In this document: positions 18,391 to 28,490 of the stretch, piece after piece
How positions within the stretch are numbered: position 1 is the stretch's first letter
How the letters are laid out: each line of letters begins with the position of its first letter
DNA from: Candidatus Kaiserbacteria bacterium
GTDB lineage: Bacteria; Patescibacteriota; Minisyncoccia; Phycocordibacterales; UBA2100
NCBI GenBank assembly: GCA_028286585.1
Contig: JAQBRI010000011.1
Location: forward strand, 1,648 to 65,647
DNA: 64,000 nucleotides
Direction of reading: 5' to 3'
Translations under genes and position numbers: made by a program
The notes under the pieces: model-generated
Told to the model about the DNA's origin: nothing
Seen by the model: the letters and a program-made list of their open reading frames with translations, nothing else
Databases searched by the model: none

Positions 18391-19938
18391 TTATACTCCG
18401 CTATTGAGAGAAGCTCTGGTAAGTGGTCCAACAGAACCAACGGCGGATATTCCGTGCGCAGTCTGATAATTCATTACTGCAGATTCTGTAAGAGGACCGA
18501 AGTATCCGGTAATTGGTCCGCTATACATGTTAAGTGTAGTAAGTCGTTGCTGTAATTGTGTGACGTCAGAGCTGGTATCACCGACAGTGAGATTTGTGCT
18601 GAAGGTAAATTGTGCAGCCATCGCTGCAGCCAATTGTGCCTGAAGCTGCGCAAGTTTCGCAAGCAGATCACTTAGTGTTGGTGCAATGTTCGAGCCAACG
18701 ACTATGCTCGTCTGTGTGCTTGCAGAGTGTCCCAATGAATCGGTGGCCGAAATGGTGATGGTGTGCGTACCAACATCATTTGAGCCCGGAGTCCAGCTCA
18801 GCAAACCTACCGAGTTTATGTTGGCATTTGTAAGACTGTTACCTGTCAGTGCATCGCTAACAGTGTATGTAGGATTTGTAAATCCATTTGCTGTAGTCTG
18901 CAATGATACAGGACTGCCGACAACAATCGTACCGCCTGGAGGAGATACAGCACCTACCGAAAGAGATGTTCCGGTATTTGATGTTTGGCCAACGGTAACG
19001 TTCACCTGCGTATTTGCAGAGTGACCACTTGTATCAGTTGCGTAGACTGTGAGCAAGTGTGTTCCAACCTGCGTGGAATCAGGTGTCCAAGTAAAATATC
19101 CTGACGAATTTATGTTGGAGCTATTTACAGAACTTGGAGCTGAGCCATTAAACGAATCACTTACGGTATACGTAGGATTTGTGAATCCCGCTGGGGCTGC
19201 ATTAAATGTAAATGATGAATACGGCGCTACAATCATCGAACTAGGGGTTACTGACGAGAGAGAAAGATTCGCGGACATAACAGGAATTGAGACACTCACC
19301 GTACCTGTTTTCCCAGTTGAATCATTTACAACAAGAGTAAGATTGTGAGTACCTACATCAGCAGTAGATGGAGTCCATGAGAAGTTTCCACTCGACGTTA
19401 TATTGTTATTGGTAATACTTGTGCCCAGTGCGCTGTCACTAATACTGAACAGTGGATTACTAAAACCTTGCGCATTGATGCTAAAAGTTACCGGATTGCC
19501 CACTGTTGCACCTGTCGCAGGAGATATATTTTGAAGTGTTACATTTGAACTTCCGACCGTAAGCACTTGTGATGCCGATGCTGTATTGCCATAACTATCA
19601 TTTGCAGTAATGGTAATCGTGTGAGCTCCTACATCATTTGCAGACGGCGTCCAACTAAAGGCGCCAGATGAATTGATATTTGAACTATTGATCGATGATC
19701 CACTAAAAGAGTCTGTCACTGAGTATGACGGGTTAGTAAATCCAGAGCCGAGCGCACCAAACGTAACAGTCTGTCCTTGATTAATTTGACTGCTTGGTGA
19801 CACCGGCTGGATGGTCACAGAACCACTTGCATACGTATACGTAAGCGGTGCTACTACAATCCCAATTCCAATTGCTGCGCCTGCAATTCTCCGCATTAGT
19901 TCACTATTTTTCAATTGCGCATATGTGCTTGTTTTCAT
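18391..19938 (-). CDS. Secreted protein: four tandem Ig-like repeats plus C-terminal peptidoglycan-binding domain
   Basis: Four copies of GFxNPxY/FxVxD...NINSxGxFxWTP..DVGTH; PG_binding_1-like DVTQLQQRL...TGYFGPLT...VGPLTRASLN. Confidence 0.85.
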   Translation of the reverse strand: MKTSTYAQLKNSELMRRIAGAAIGIGIVVAPLTYTYASGSVTIQPVSPSSQINQGQTVTFGALGSGFTNPSYSVTDSFSGSSINSSNINSSGAFSWTPSANDVGAHTITITANDSYGNTASASQVLTVGSSNVTLQNISPATGATVGNPVTFSINAQGFSNPLFSISDSALGTSITNNNITSSGNFSWTPSTADVGTHNLTLVVNDSTGKTGTVSVSIPVMSANLSLSSVTPSSMIVAPYSSFTFNAAPAGFTNPTYTVSDSFNGSAPSSVNSSNINSSGYFTWTPDSTQVGTHLLTVYATDTSGHSANTQVNVTVGQTSNTGTSLSVGAVSPPGGTIVVGSPVSLQTTANGFTNPTYTVSDALTGNSLTNANINSVGLLSWTPGSNDVGTHTITISATDSLGHSASTQTSIVVGSNIAPTLSDLLAKLAQLQAQLAAAMAAQFTFSTNLTVGDTSSDVTQLQQRLTTLNMYSGPITGYFGPLTESAVMNYQTAHGISAVGSVGPLTRASLNSGV

Positions 19939-20064
19939 ATATTTTTTATATATGACCCCAACTTGATCTTAATAATGACAGTTTTGGGTAATTATAATGA
20001 AATAATTCTCCAGCTGTATATTTTTAGTACAATTCACTTCGAGGTGTTTATTACATACCATCTA

Positions 20065-20100
20065 ACAAAAGACCCGCGGCATATACAGCGGGTCTTTTGT
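20065..20100. terminator. Intrinsic terminator
   Basis: ACAAAAGACCCGC-N10-GCGGGTCTTTTGT. Confidence 0.75.
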
Positions 20101-20124
20101 AATAGCAACTCGAGTAAGTCCGCA

Positions 20125-20925
20125 TTATTGGGTTACAGTCACAGTAGCTGAACCAAGAATGTTACTGGTAAGACCTTTGAAGGTGTACGTGTATACTCCT
20201 GGTGTCCACGGTGCATTCAGCGAACCGGTTGAGAAGTTACCTCCACCATCTGCGTGAGCTTGCGTAACAGTGGCTCCGTTCAGAGTAACTAATACAGACT
20301 CCTCATGGCCAAACTGTGACCCTCCGAAGTTAAGTCCGCCGCCAATATGGACCGAGGTATCTGCTGGTGAAACCATGCCGGTCGTTACTGTGGTACTACC
20401 TGTCGGAGGTATGGTTCCTCCGCCCATGCCTCCCAAATTAAGATTTGAAAGAATGAACAAAATCTGCTGCTGGATATTTTGCAGCTGTACCAAGAGAGCC
20501 TGAAGGGTTGTCAGAGTGGTCCACATATCTGTGGTTGAACCCACTCCTGTTGTAGTAGTTGCACCTGTCGTAGTTCCGGTTCCCGTTGTGGTAGTCGATC
20601 CTACACCAGTGTCTGTGCTTGTTCCGGTACCTGTCGTGGTGGTTGTTCCTACGCCAGTATCAGTGGTCGATCCCATGCCGGTATCGGTCGATGTTGCAGA
20701 AGATGTCGTACTGGTAGCGGTTGTTGAACCCATTCCAGTATCTGTTGAGGTGCCAACACTGGTATCAGTGGTTGTGCCTGTCGTTGAGCTTGCTACATCG
20801 GCAAACGCAAATACGGTTGGAATTAATAATGCGCCCGCTGTAATCGCCGACAAAAGCAAAGGTGTTTTGAATGCTTGTAGAGTGTTACTGGTAAGGGATT
20901 TTGATGTGTTATGTAAGGTTTTCAT
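20125..20925 (-). CDS. Secreted Thr/Gly-rich repeat protein with C-terminal Ig-like domain
   Basis: Signal peptide, imperfect T(S/T)DTG(M/V)G(S/T)T repeats, a Q/L-rich helix and a GSQFGHEESV..ADGGGNF domain. Confidence 0.75.
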   Translation of the reverse strand: MKTLHNTSKSLTSNTLQAFKTPLLLSAITAGALLIPTVFAFADVASSTTGTTTDTSVGTSTDTGMGSTTATSTTSSATSTDTGMGSTTDTGVGTTTTTGTGTSTDTGVGSTTTTGTGTTTGATTTTGVGSTTDMWTTLTTLQALLVQLQNIQQQILFILSNLNLGGMGGGTIPPTGSTTVTTGMVSPADTSVHIGGGLNFGGSQFGHEESVLVTLNGATVTQAHADGGGNFSTGSLNAPWTPGVYTYTFKGLTSNILGSATVTVTQ

Positions 20926-21070
20926 ACGCGTGGTAGAAGTTACAATTGTTAATGCATATCTCTAATAATATTAACTAGTAATATAATTAGTACTCCGCAC
21001 CAATAGGGAATGTTACCTTGACACCTGCACTTACTTAAATGCTATAATTATAGATTGCCCAAATGCACAT

Positions 21071-21484
21071 ATGAAAACAGACGTCTACATGCACATGTCA
21101 GTAAAAAATCTTTTAGTATCAAAAGCTTTTTTTGAGGAACTGGGCTTTACCACCTATCCACGTCTTACTTCAGATGATTGTCTCTGTATGAACATCGAGG
21201 ACAATATATATTGCATGTTTGTCAGTCGAGATTTTTTTGCCAAATTTTCTGAAAAAGATATCGTCGACGCTCATCTTGCGACCGAGTCACTCGTCTGTAT
21301 ATCTGCAGAAAGTAGGGGAGAGGTAGATGAATGGGTCAACAAAGCACTCTTTTTGGGCGCTACAGAGAACCTCGTCCCAGAAATGAAAACAGGGGGCAAC
21401 ATGTACAGCCGATCCTTTTCTGATCTCGATGGACACATCTGGGAAATCATGTGGATGGACCTCGAGCTCATACATGCGGTATAG
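21071..21484 (+). CDS. VOC/glyoxalase family protein
   Basis: SKAFFEELGF and MYSRSFSDLDGHIWE motifs. Confidence 0.88.
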   Translation: MKTDVYMHMSVKNLLVSKAFFEELGFTTYPRLTSDDCLCMNIEDNIYCMFVSRDFFAKFSEKDIVDAHLATESLVCISAESRGEVDEWVNKALFLGATENLVPEMKTGGNMYSRSFSDLDGHIWEIMWMDLELIHAV

Positions 21485-21529
21485 TAGTATTGTTTCCGTT
21501 TCTCTCACTCTAGGAGTGATATCAATGTT

Positions 21530-23272
21530 ATGCCACAACAGCCAAAACAAACCACATCTGAAATAACGCTCATTAGCCTGCTCAAACCATATACATGGAC
21601 TATTGTGGGTATCATTATTCTTACCCTTATAAGTAACGGGCTCAATCTTGTGGGGCCACAAATTGTCGCACATACGATAGATACCTACGGCCAAGGAAAT
21701 TTTGCTCTCAAGACGGTTATTTTCGAATTTTTCTCTGTTGCAGCTGGCATATTTATCTTTACCTACCTGCAAACCATTGTGCAAACGTATGCATCGGAAA
21801 GGGTTGCGCGGGATTTACGGAAACGATTCATAGCCAAAATATCAGAACAGGAATATGCGTATATTCAGGAAGTTTCTCCTGCAAAACTCTTGACCAACCT
21901 AACGTCTGACATCGATGCTGTAAAAACGTTTGTATCTCAAGCAATCGCGTCACTCATTTCCTCATTCTTTTTAATTATTGGTGCGAGCATATTACTGCTA
22001 CTTATTAATTGGAAAGTTGCACTTGCTGTCTTGGTCATCGTTCCAATTATCGGAATTACTTTTTTTGTTGTTCTGGGAAGAGTTCGCAAATTATTTAAAC
22101 GTGCGCAAGAGACGATAGATTGGCTCAATAAAGTTATCAATGAAAGCATTCTGGGCGCCGCACTCATTCGTCTCCTCAATTCGCAGTCATATGAGTATCA
22201 AAAGTTCCTTGCAGCAAATGAAGAATCTAAAAATATTGGATTGAGTATTTTACGTCTCTTTGCAGGTCTAATTCCAGTGATTATATTTACAACTAACGTT
22301 GCAACATTGATCATTCTTATTTTTGGCGGTCATTTCGTGATTACAGGCACCATGAGTTTGGGTGACTTTACTGCATTTAATAGTTATTTGGCTATCCTCA
22401 TCTTTCCGATTCTAATTATTGGATTTATGAGCAATGTGATTGCGCAGGCAAGCGCGTCTTTACAGCGTATTTCTCTAGTCCTTAATTCACAGCAGCCCGA
22501 AAACACAGGTACACTTTCTTCACCGCTCTCAGGAAACATTGCAGTCAGCGGCGTAACTATCAACTACGGAGAACGGTCGTCACTCAAAAATGTTTCTTTT
22601 ACTATTAAGGCGGGCACAAAAACTGCAATCATCGGTCCTACTGCTGCAGGAAAGACCCAGCTGTTGTACGCAATGACCGGCCTCATCAAAACGTCGGAAG
22701 GAACCATATCGTATGATAATCACAGAATTGATGAGTATAAAAAAGTAACCCTTCACAAACAAATAGGCTTTGTGTTTCAAGACAGTATTATGTTTAATTT
22801 GAGCGTACGAGAAAATATTGCGTTTAGTAATACGGTCACAGATCAAAGCTTGGAGAAGGCGATAGAGACTGCTGAATTGCATGATTTTATTGATGTTCTT
22901 CCTGAAAAGCTCGATACGGTTGTCTCAGAGCGAGGAACAAGTCTTTCAGGGGGCCAAAAACAGCGCATCATGCTTGCGCGGGCTCTGTCACTTAACCCAA
23001 CCATACTTCTGCTAGATGATTTTACCGCACGAGTAGATTCAAATACGGAGTCCAAGATTCTCGCAAACATTACTCGTAATTATCCGGACCTTACCTTGGT
23101 TTCAGTGACACAAAAAATCGCCCCTGTCGAAACATACGACCAGATCATTCTTTTGATGGAGGGTGAAATATTAGCAACGGGCACGCACGAGGAGCTTTTG
23201 CACAAATCACCAGAATACGTACAAATATACAATTCCCAAAAGAGTACAGAAAATTATGAACTACAAACTTAA
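21530..23272 (+). CDS. Heterodimeric ABC exporter subunit (degenerate Walker B/H-loop)
   Basis: TMD plus NBD; GPTAAGKT and LSGGQ present, with LLLDD (E to D) and VTQK (H to Q). Confidence 0.92.
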   Translation: MPQQPKQTTSEITLISLLKPYTWTIVGIIILTLISNGLNLVGPQIVAHTIDTYGQGNFALKTVIFEFFSVAAGIFIFTYLQTIVQTYASERVARDLRKRFIAKISEQEYAYIQEVSPAKLLTNLTSDIDAVKTFVSQAIASLISSFFLIIGASILLLLINWKVALAVLVIVPIIGITFFVVLGRVRKLFKRAQETIDWLNKVINESILGAALIRLLNSQSYEYQKFLAANEESKNIGLSILRLFAGLIPVIIFTTNVATLIILIFGGHFVITGTMSLGDFTAFNSYLAILIFPILIIGFMSNVIAQASASLQRISLVLNSQQPENTGTLSSPLSGNIAVSGVTINYGERSSLKNVSFTIKAGTKTAIIGPTAAGKTQLLYAMTGLIKTSEGTISYDNHRIDEYKKVTLHKQIGFVFQDSIMFNLSVRENIAFSNTVTDQSLEKAIETAELHDFIDVLPEKLDTVVSERGTSLSGGQKQRIMLARALSLNPTILLLDDFTARVDSNTESKILANITRNYPDLTLVSVTQKIAPVETYDQIILLMEGEILATGTHEELLHKSPEYVQIYNSQKSTENYELQT

Positions 23273-25019
23273 CACAATCGACGAACAGTCAAACAAGGGG
23301 AACACGCTTGGCGGTATCAAGCGCCTTATTCCTCTCATGCATGGGGAGGGGAGACAAACGCTTATTGCATTTACCACTATTCTCGTTAGTTCTGCGACGT
23401 CATTAATTACGCCTATTATTATTGCGCATACCGTAGACACATATATTCGCAACAAGGATTTTCATGGAGTATTGGCCTGGTCTCTTGTACTCTTTGCCAT
23501 ATACTGCGTCGGGCTTGGTGCTAGTTATATACAAACAATTACCATGGGTAGTATTGGACGCCGCGTGCTGTTTAATTTGCGAAATACTATTTTTAATAAA
23601 TTACAGGAACTGCCTGTTGCCTTTTTTAATCAAAACAAGGCAGGAGATCTTATTTCTCGCATTAACAACGATACGGATAAACTGAATCAGTTTTTTGCAC
23701 AAGCGCTGATGCAGTTTGTGGGCAACGCATTTTTGATTCTTGGTGCGGGCATCCTGCTTATTGTACTTAATCCACGACTAGGTGCTGCAGCACTTTTGCC
23801 AGCGGTAGTAATTCTAGGCGTAACTCAAATTATTTCTCCCTGGGTCAACCGTGTCAGCTTTAAGAGCTTGCAGGCTCTTGGAGGAATGAGTGGAGAAATT
23901 CAGGAAAGTATTAATAATTTTAAGGTTATAGTTGCGTTTAACCGGCTTGATTATTTTCGCAACAAGTTTGATGAGGCCAATCAAAAGAATTTTAAAGCGT
24001 CGGTCACTGCCGGAATTGCAAGCAATATATTTACTCCACTATACGGTCTCGCATATAACTTTGGACAATTAATAGTCTTGGCATACGGAATATACCTGAT
24101 TTCAACAGGTATGTTTACGGTAGGCTTATTGATTGGATTTCTTCTCTATGTAAACAGTTTTTATAACCCTTTGCGACAGCTTGCGACCGTATGGTCGTCG
24201 TTACAGCTTGCGCTTGCTGGTCTTGAGCGCATCTCAGAGGTCTTGGCACTAAAATCAGATATGATCACGTTACCAAACACACAACCTGTAGTCCCGTCGG
24301 CTCCGCTTCTTGCATTTAATAATGTCTCTTTCAAATACCCTGATAGCGGAAACATCATTTCAGATATCTCCTTTGAGCTTTTGCCTGGTAAAGTCTATGC
24401 GCTTGTCGGCCCTACGGGCGGGGGAAAGACCACTACCGCTTCATTAATGGCCCGTTTGTATGATCCAACTGAAGGCACAATCCTACTTAATGGCCGGGAT
24501 ATCAGAGGCTATTCGGCCGAGGAGCGAGGAAAATATATTGGTTTTATTCTTCAAGAACCGTTTCTTTTTACCGGAACTGTTCGAGAAAATATAATTTATG
24601 GTAATACTCGATATCATGATTATTCCAACGAACAGTTATTGGAGGTGCTCAAAGAAAAAGATCTGACGGGATTGCTTGCTCGTTTTGAAGAAGGTTTGAG
24701 TACTCCAATATCTTCGAGCGGCGACATGATCAGTCTTGGTCAAAAACAATTGATCGCATTTATTCGAGCCATATTGCGAGAACCAGAGCTATTGATTCTC
24801 GACGAAGCAACGGCAAACATTGATACTGTAACAGAAGAGTTACTTGAAAATATTCTTGAAAAACTTCCAAAAACAACTACTAAAGTAATCATTGCGCATC
24901 GACTCAATACGATTGAAAATGCAGATGACATATTTTTTGTAAATGGTGGCGAAATAACGCGTGCGGGCTCATTACAAAATGCACTCGACCTGCTTTTACA
25001 CGGCAAAAGAGCAAGTTAG
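23256..25019 (+). CDS. Heterodimeric ABC exporter subunit (consensus Walker B, degenerate signature)
   Basis: GPTGGGKT, ISLGQ, ILDEATA and IAHR; overlaps the partner gene. Confidence 0.92.
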   Translation: MNYKLNTIDEQSNKGNTLGGIKRLIPLMHGEGRQTLIAFTTILVSSATSLITPIIIAHTVDTYIRNKDFHGVLAWSLVLFAIYCVGLGASYIQTITMGSIGRRVLFNLRNTIFNKLQELPVAFFNQNKAGDLISRINNDTDKLNQFFAQALMQFVGNAFLILGAGILLIVLNPRLGAAALLPAVVILGVTQIISPWVNRVSFKSLQALGGMSGEIQESINNFKVIVAFNRLDYFRNKFDEANQKNFKASVTAGIASNIFTPLYGLAYNFGQLIVLAYGIYLISTGMFTVGLLIGFLLYVNSFYNPLRQLATVWSSLQLALAGLERISEVLALKSDMITLPNTQPVVPSAPLLAFNNVSFKYPDSGNIISDISFELLPGKVYALVGPTGGGKTTTASLMARLYDPTEGTILLNGRDIRGYSAEERGKYIGFILQEPFLFTGTVRENIIYGNTRYHDYSNEQLLEVLKEKDLTGLLARFEEGLSTPISSSGDMISLGQKQLIAFIRAILREPELLILDEATANIDTVTEELLENILEKLPKTTTKVIIAHRLNTIENADDIFFVNGGEITRAGSLQNALDLLLHGKRAS

Positions 25020-25156
25020 CTATTGTGAATAGTGCCTTGTTCTTTGCTCCTCTACTGTTACTATAAAGGGGTGAGTGTGCAGGAAATAGTCATATAACTA
25101 GCTGCACCTTTGCATTGGATTTCTCTACTTATAACAAATAACACGTAACTTATTCT

Positions 25157-25459
25157 ATGTCTTCAAAAACAGTTCTTGGTATTATCGTTGTGCTCGTAGT
25201 TGCGGGGTTGACCATCTGGTGGTTCTTTAACAAACCACTTCCGCCTGCGTCATCAACAATTACCGCCACATCAAGCCAGGAAATGACTGGCCAGCCAAAT
25301 GGTGCTGCAGTGAACACCAGTATAAGCAGCACGGTGCAAAATACAGACAATTCTGACGCAGGCATTGATCAAACAATGACTTCAATTGATGCACAAATGA
25401 GTGGATTGGGTTCTGATAACGCAAGTACTGACAAAGCAATGAGTAATCCAGCTCAATAA
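25157..25459 (+). CDS. Small membrane-anchored hypothetical protein
   Basis: N-terminal TM helix and a Ser/Thr/Asp-rich tail. Confidence 0.7.
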   Translation: MSSKTVLGIIVVLVVAGLTIWWFFNKPLPPASSTITATSSQEMTGQPNGAAVNTSISSTVQNTDNSDAGIDQTMTSIDAQMSGLGSDNASTDKAMSNPAQ

Positions 25460-25484
25460 TTAAAATAATAACTCTGATATCACT

Positions 25485-26303
25485 ATGAACTTTAAAAATA
25501 CTTTGCTCGTTGCCTCATCATTATCTCTTTCGCTCGTGCTTGTCATTACTCTTATTGTGCTGCCTGCAGGCGCATTATCGGTTGGAACAAAGGCTGCAGT
25601 TTCCGCATCAAGTACGATTGGTATAAAAGCAGAGGTTCGCATTGCAACAAAGCTAAATGACATTATTACTCGAAGTAATACAGAGATAGCTGCACGTATT
25701 GCTGCACTGAACGCGCTTTCGGTACGGATTGAATCCCTCAAAAATGTTTCTGTTTCTGCAAAAACGGCAGTTGCTAATAGCGTTCTAGCAAATACAAATG
25801 GTCTATCAGCGCTCAAAAGCAAAATTGATGCTGATACAGACGCATCAGTGGCTTTGACAGACGAAAAAACGATAACTGGTTCATATCGAATATACGCACT
25901 CGTTATACCGCAGGGTTATATTCTTGCATCTACGGATAGAATAGCGGTGATTGCAGGCATGATGACCACCTTGAGTACCCAGTTTCAGGCACGTATTACC
26001 GGAGCCCAGACAGTTGGTAAAAATGTGACAGACATGCAAGCATTGCTTGTTGATTTTGATGCAAAAATTGCTGACGCTAAGATGCATGCCCTTGCTGCCC
26101 AAACTGGGGTTGCAGCTCTTATGCCTGATTTTGGCAATAAAACGACGCTAGAGGTTAATACAGCGGCAATTAAGGCAGCACGAGCAGATGTTAAGGTATC
26201 TAGCCAAGATTTGGACGCTGCACGAACAACCGCAAAGAAAATTGTGAAAGAAATAAGGAGTTTAAACGTCAAAGCAACTAGCTCCGCCACTATAACTCAA
26301 TAG
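25485..26303 (+). CDS. Secreted Ala-rich helical/coiled-coil protein
   Basis: Signal/TM segment followed by long amphipathic helices. Confidence 0.75.
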   Translation: MNFKNTLLVASSLSLSLVLVITLIVLPAGALSVGTKAAVSASSTIGIKAEVRIATKLNDIITRSNTEIAARIAALNALSVRIESLKNVSVSAKTAVANSVLANTNGLSALKSKIDADTDASVALTDEKTITGSYRIYALVIPQGYILASTDRIAVIAGMMTTLSTQFQARITGAQTVGKNVTDMQALLVDFDAKIADAKMHALAAQTGVAALMPDFGNKTTLEVNTAAIKAARADVKVSSQDLDAARTTAKKIVKEIRSLNVKATSSATITQ

Positions 26304-26413
26304 GCCATATTAAATAACGACTGGCAGGGAAGGGGAGGTTCTATTTATTCACGATATTGGATAGGCTTTTGAAACTTATCCAATACACTTGTTATCACAA
26401 AATGTAATCATCT

Positions 26414-27067
26414 ATGAAAAAATTCTTACTTGTTCTGCTCGTCATAATTCTCGCACTTTTCGCTGATTGGTACTTTATGTATTACAAAATGGGAACAACT
26501 TCGACAGCGACAACGACTGTAAGTACCACGACGACTCAACAGCCTGTAGCATCAAATGTATATACAAATACACAGTCTGGTTACTCGCTGACCTTGCCGA
26601 GTATTGCGACTTCAAGCACTGATCTTGGAGGCTATATGGTAGTCGAAGGTTATCAATACCAAGAACTTGGTCCGGGCAATGATATCGCTGGAACAAAATT
26701 TACCATTCCAACAAATCTTGCAGCTGGTACTAACTTGTCTTCAGACAGTTATATAAGTGTGGAAACAATGCCGCAAGCTACAAGCTGCATAGCAGGACAA
26801 TTCCTGAGTACCGACACTATAAAATCACAAACAGTTACAGAAGGTGGCACAACATATTCTGTCGCGTCGTCGACTGGTGCCGGAGCAGGGAATCGATATG
26901 AGGAAATTGTCTACGCACTTTCGGGAACTCAACCTTGTTTGGCTGTCCGTTATTTTATCCATTATGGAGTTATCGGCAACTATCCGGCAGGTACTGTAAA
27001 GGAGTTTGATGAAAAGTCGTTGCGTGCACAATTTGACAGTATTCGCCACACCCTGGTGATAAACTAG
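26414..27067 (+). CDS. Membrane-anchored hypothetical protein
   Basis: N-terminal TM helix, Thr-rich linker and a GAGAGNRY motif. Confidence 0.75.
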   Translation: MKKFLLVLLVIILALFADWYFMYYKMGTTSTATTTVSTTTTQQPVASNVYTNTQSGYSLTLPSIATSSTDLGGYMVVEGYQYQELGPGNDIAGTKFTIPTNLAAGTNLSSDSYISVETMPQATSCIAGQFLSTDTIKSQTVTEGGTTYSVASSTGAGAGNRYEEIVYALSGTQPCLAVRYFIHYGVIGNYPAGTVKEFDEKSLRAQFDSIRHTLVIN

Positions 27068-27125
27068 TGGCGCACAAAATACACCTTGCTATACTTATAG
27101 ATTACCAAATTAATAAATAAAAAAT

Positions 27126-27278
27126 ATGTTGTATACAATTGCTGTGATCTTGTTGATCCTATGGTTGTTGGGCCTAGTTACTTCGTACACGATTGGAGGG
27201 TTTATTCACATATTGCTCGTCGTTGCAATTGTCATGATTTTGATTCGACTCATTCGTGGAGAGAACCCAATTAAGTAA
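27126..27278 (+). CDS. lmo0937-family small membrane protein (50 aa, absent from ORF track)
   Basis: Translated by hand: MLYTIAVILLILWLLGLVTSYTIGGFIHILLVVAIVMILIRLIRGENPIK. Confidence 0.85.
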   Translation: MLYTIAVILLILWLLGLVTSYTIGGFIHILLVVAIVMILIRLIRGENPIK

Positions 27279-27308
27279 TACTTGTAATAACCTAACTCGC
27301 AAACACTT

Positions 27309-27545
27309 ATGGTAGACATAATAAACAACGCAGAACCACAACGTCCCGTAGTTGTCGCTTCCAATGATGATTCGAGCGGATGGATGGTATTGGTAATCGT
27401 ACTTCTAATCGTAATTGCCGGTGGGGCATACGCATGGGTACATTACCGTCGTCCTGCAGCGCCTGCAGCTGCTCCTGTGATTCAGGTCAACGTACCTAAT
27501 CCGACTCCTGCAGCAGGAAATCCACCAGCTCCAGCAGGACAATAA
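27309..27545 (+). CDS. Small single-TM protein with Pro/Ala-rich tail
   Basis: One TM helix; followed by a terminator. Confidence 0.7.
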   Translation: MVDIINNAEPQRPVVVASNDDSSGWMVLVIVLLIVIAGGAYAWVHYRRPAAPAAAPVIQVNVPNPTPAAGNPPAPAGQ

Positions 27546-27567
27546 ATAATTGGGCTGACGCAATCAA

Positions 27568-27605
27568 AAATACAAAAGCCGATGGAAACATCGGCTTTTG
27601 TATTT
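27568..27605. terminator. Bidirectional terminator
   Basis: AAATACAAAAGCCGATG-GAAA-CATCGGCTTTTGTATTT. Confidence 0.85.
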
Positions 27606-27618
27606 ACATATACTTACT

Positions 27619-27771
27619 TGGGAGACAAACCAATTGGATTGATTCAATGACTCTACACGCAGCTTTGCCGTGTGGACTCAGCCATGCGCTACAGTATTAA
27701 ATGTTCTAGGTTGTATGTCGCAAAAGATATATTGTGCGACATGGAACCTCGAGAGAAGCTTCACGCTCCCA
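27619..27771. ncRNA. Candidate structured non-coding RNA (family not recognised)
   Basis: Closing stem TGGGAG/CTCCCA encloses two hairpins (27652-27676 and 27708-27749) in an intergenic gap without a substantial ORF. Confidence 0.4.
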
Positions 27772-27996
27772 GTCTTGGTCTATGCAGTCTTGCTTATCCC
27801 CCTACCCTATATTGTTATTGCTTTCTAAAAACTTTTGATTAGAGATCTTTATATATTTTATCTCGTTTTGGATTCAGATATTTTTCTTACGTTTTGAATT
27901 TTAAGACGCTCGCTCCCCCCACATTGATTGACCTTGTTGTTAATTAAAGTGGTGCTATAGTTTTTATGGGATTGATCTCAGAGGGAGGAGGATCTC

Positions 27997-28395
27997 ATGG
28001 GACTCGTATATTTGACACCAAATGGTCTGCTTCATAAGCTTGCCTACCTAATGAGCTACATTCGCGACGCTCTTTTTGGCTCTGCAATGGTGCCAAAACC
28101 GCGGCCGACGACAATGAGCTGGTGGGAGCTGTGTTACAAGATTGTTCTGAACTTTCTTGCTGCCATCTTTACCTTCGTCGTGGTTGTCGGGGTATCCCTT
28201 GCAAGTGGCGCATTGTTAGGGCAGTTGCTTTCCAGGTTCCCCGAATTGCGTTGGCTGTTTGGAGCCGTGCTTGTACTCGCCATACTCTATCGTGCGTGGG
28301 AAAGCCTCCGCATCAAGAAGAGGCTACGCAGTATCAAAAAGAGGCTCCGCGTTATCTGGCGCCGGCTCAACGATCCTTTGCACCGTATTACATAA
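27997..28395 (+). CDS. Hypothetical membrane protein
   Basis: Strong SD GGAGGAGG, 2 TM helices, basic C-terminus and its own terminator. Confidence 0.65.
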   Translation: MGLVYLTPNGLLHKLAYLMSYIRDALFGSAMVPKPRPTTMSWWELCYKIVLNFLAAIFTFVVVVGVSLASGALLGQLLSRFPELRWLFGAVLVLAILYRAWESLRIKKRLRSIKKRLRVIWRRLNDPLHRIT

Positions 28396-28424
28396 GAAAA
28401 TAGTGCGCCAAGAATTTCCTGAAC

Positions 28425-28461
28425 TTAACCCGCTATCATCACAGAAGCGGGTTAATTTTTT
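28425..28461. terminator. Intrinsic terminator
   Basis: TTAACCCGCT-N11-AGCGGGTTAA followed by a T-tract. Confidence 0.7.
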
Positions 28462-28490
28462 GGGTCACTCACATCATTAAGCGCTCAAGA

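Noticed and set aside
21505-21519. TCACTC-TAG-GAGTGA as a CIRCE or MerR operator
   Set aside because: The spacer and arms do not fit CIRCE (N9), and there is no convincing -35/-10 with a 19-bp spacer.
21530-25019. Degenerate ABC motifs as gene decay
   Set aside because: The complementary degeneracy is the standard asymmetric pattern of heterodimeric exporters such as TM287/288.
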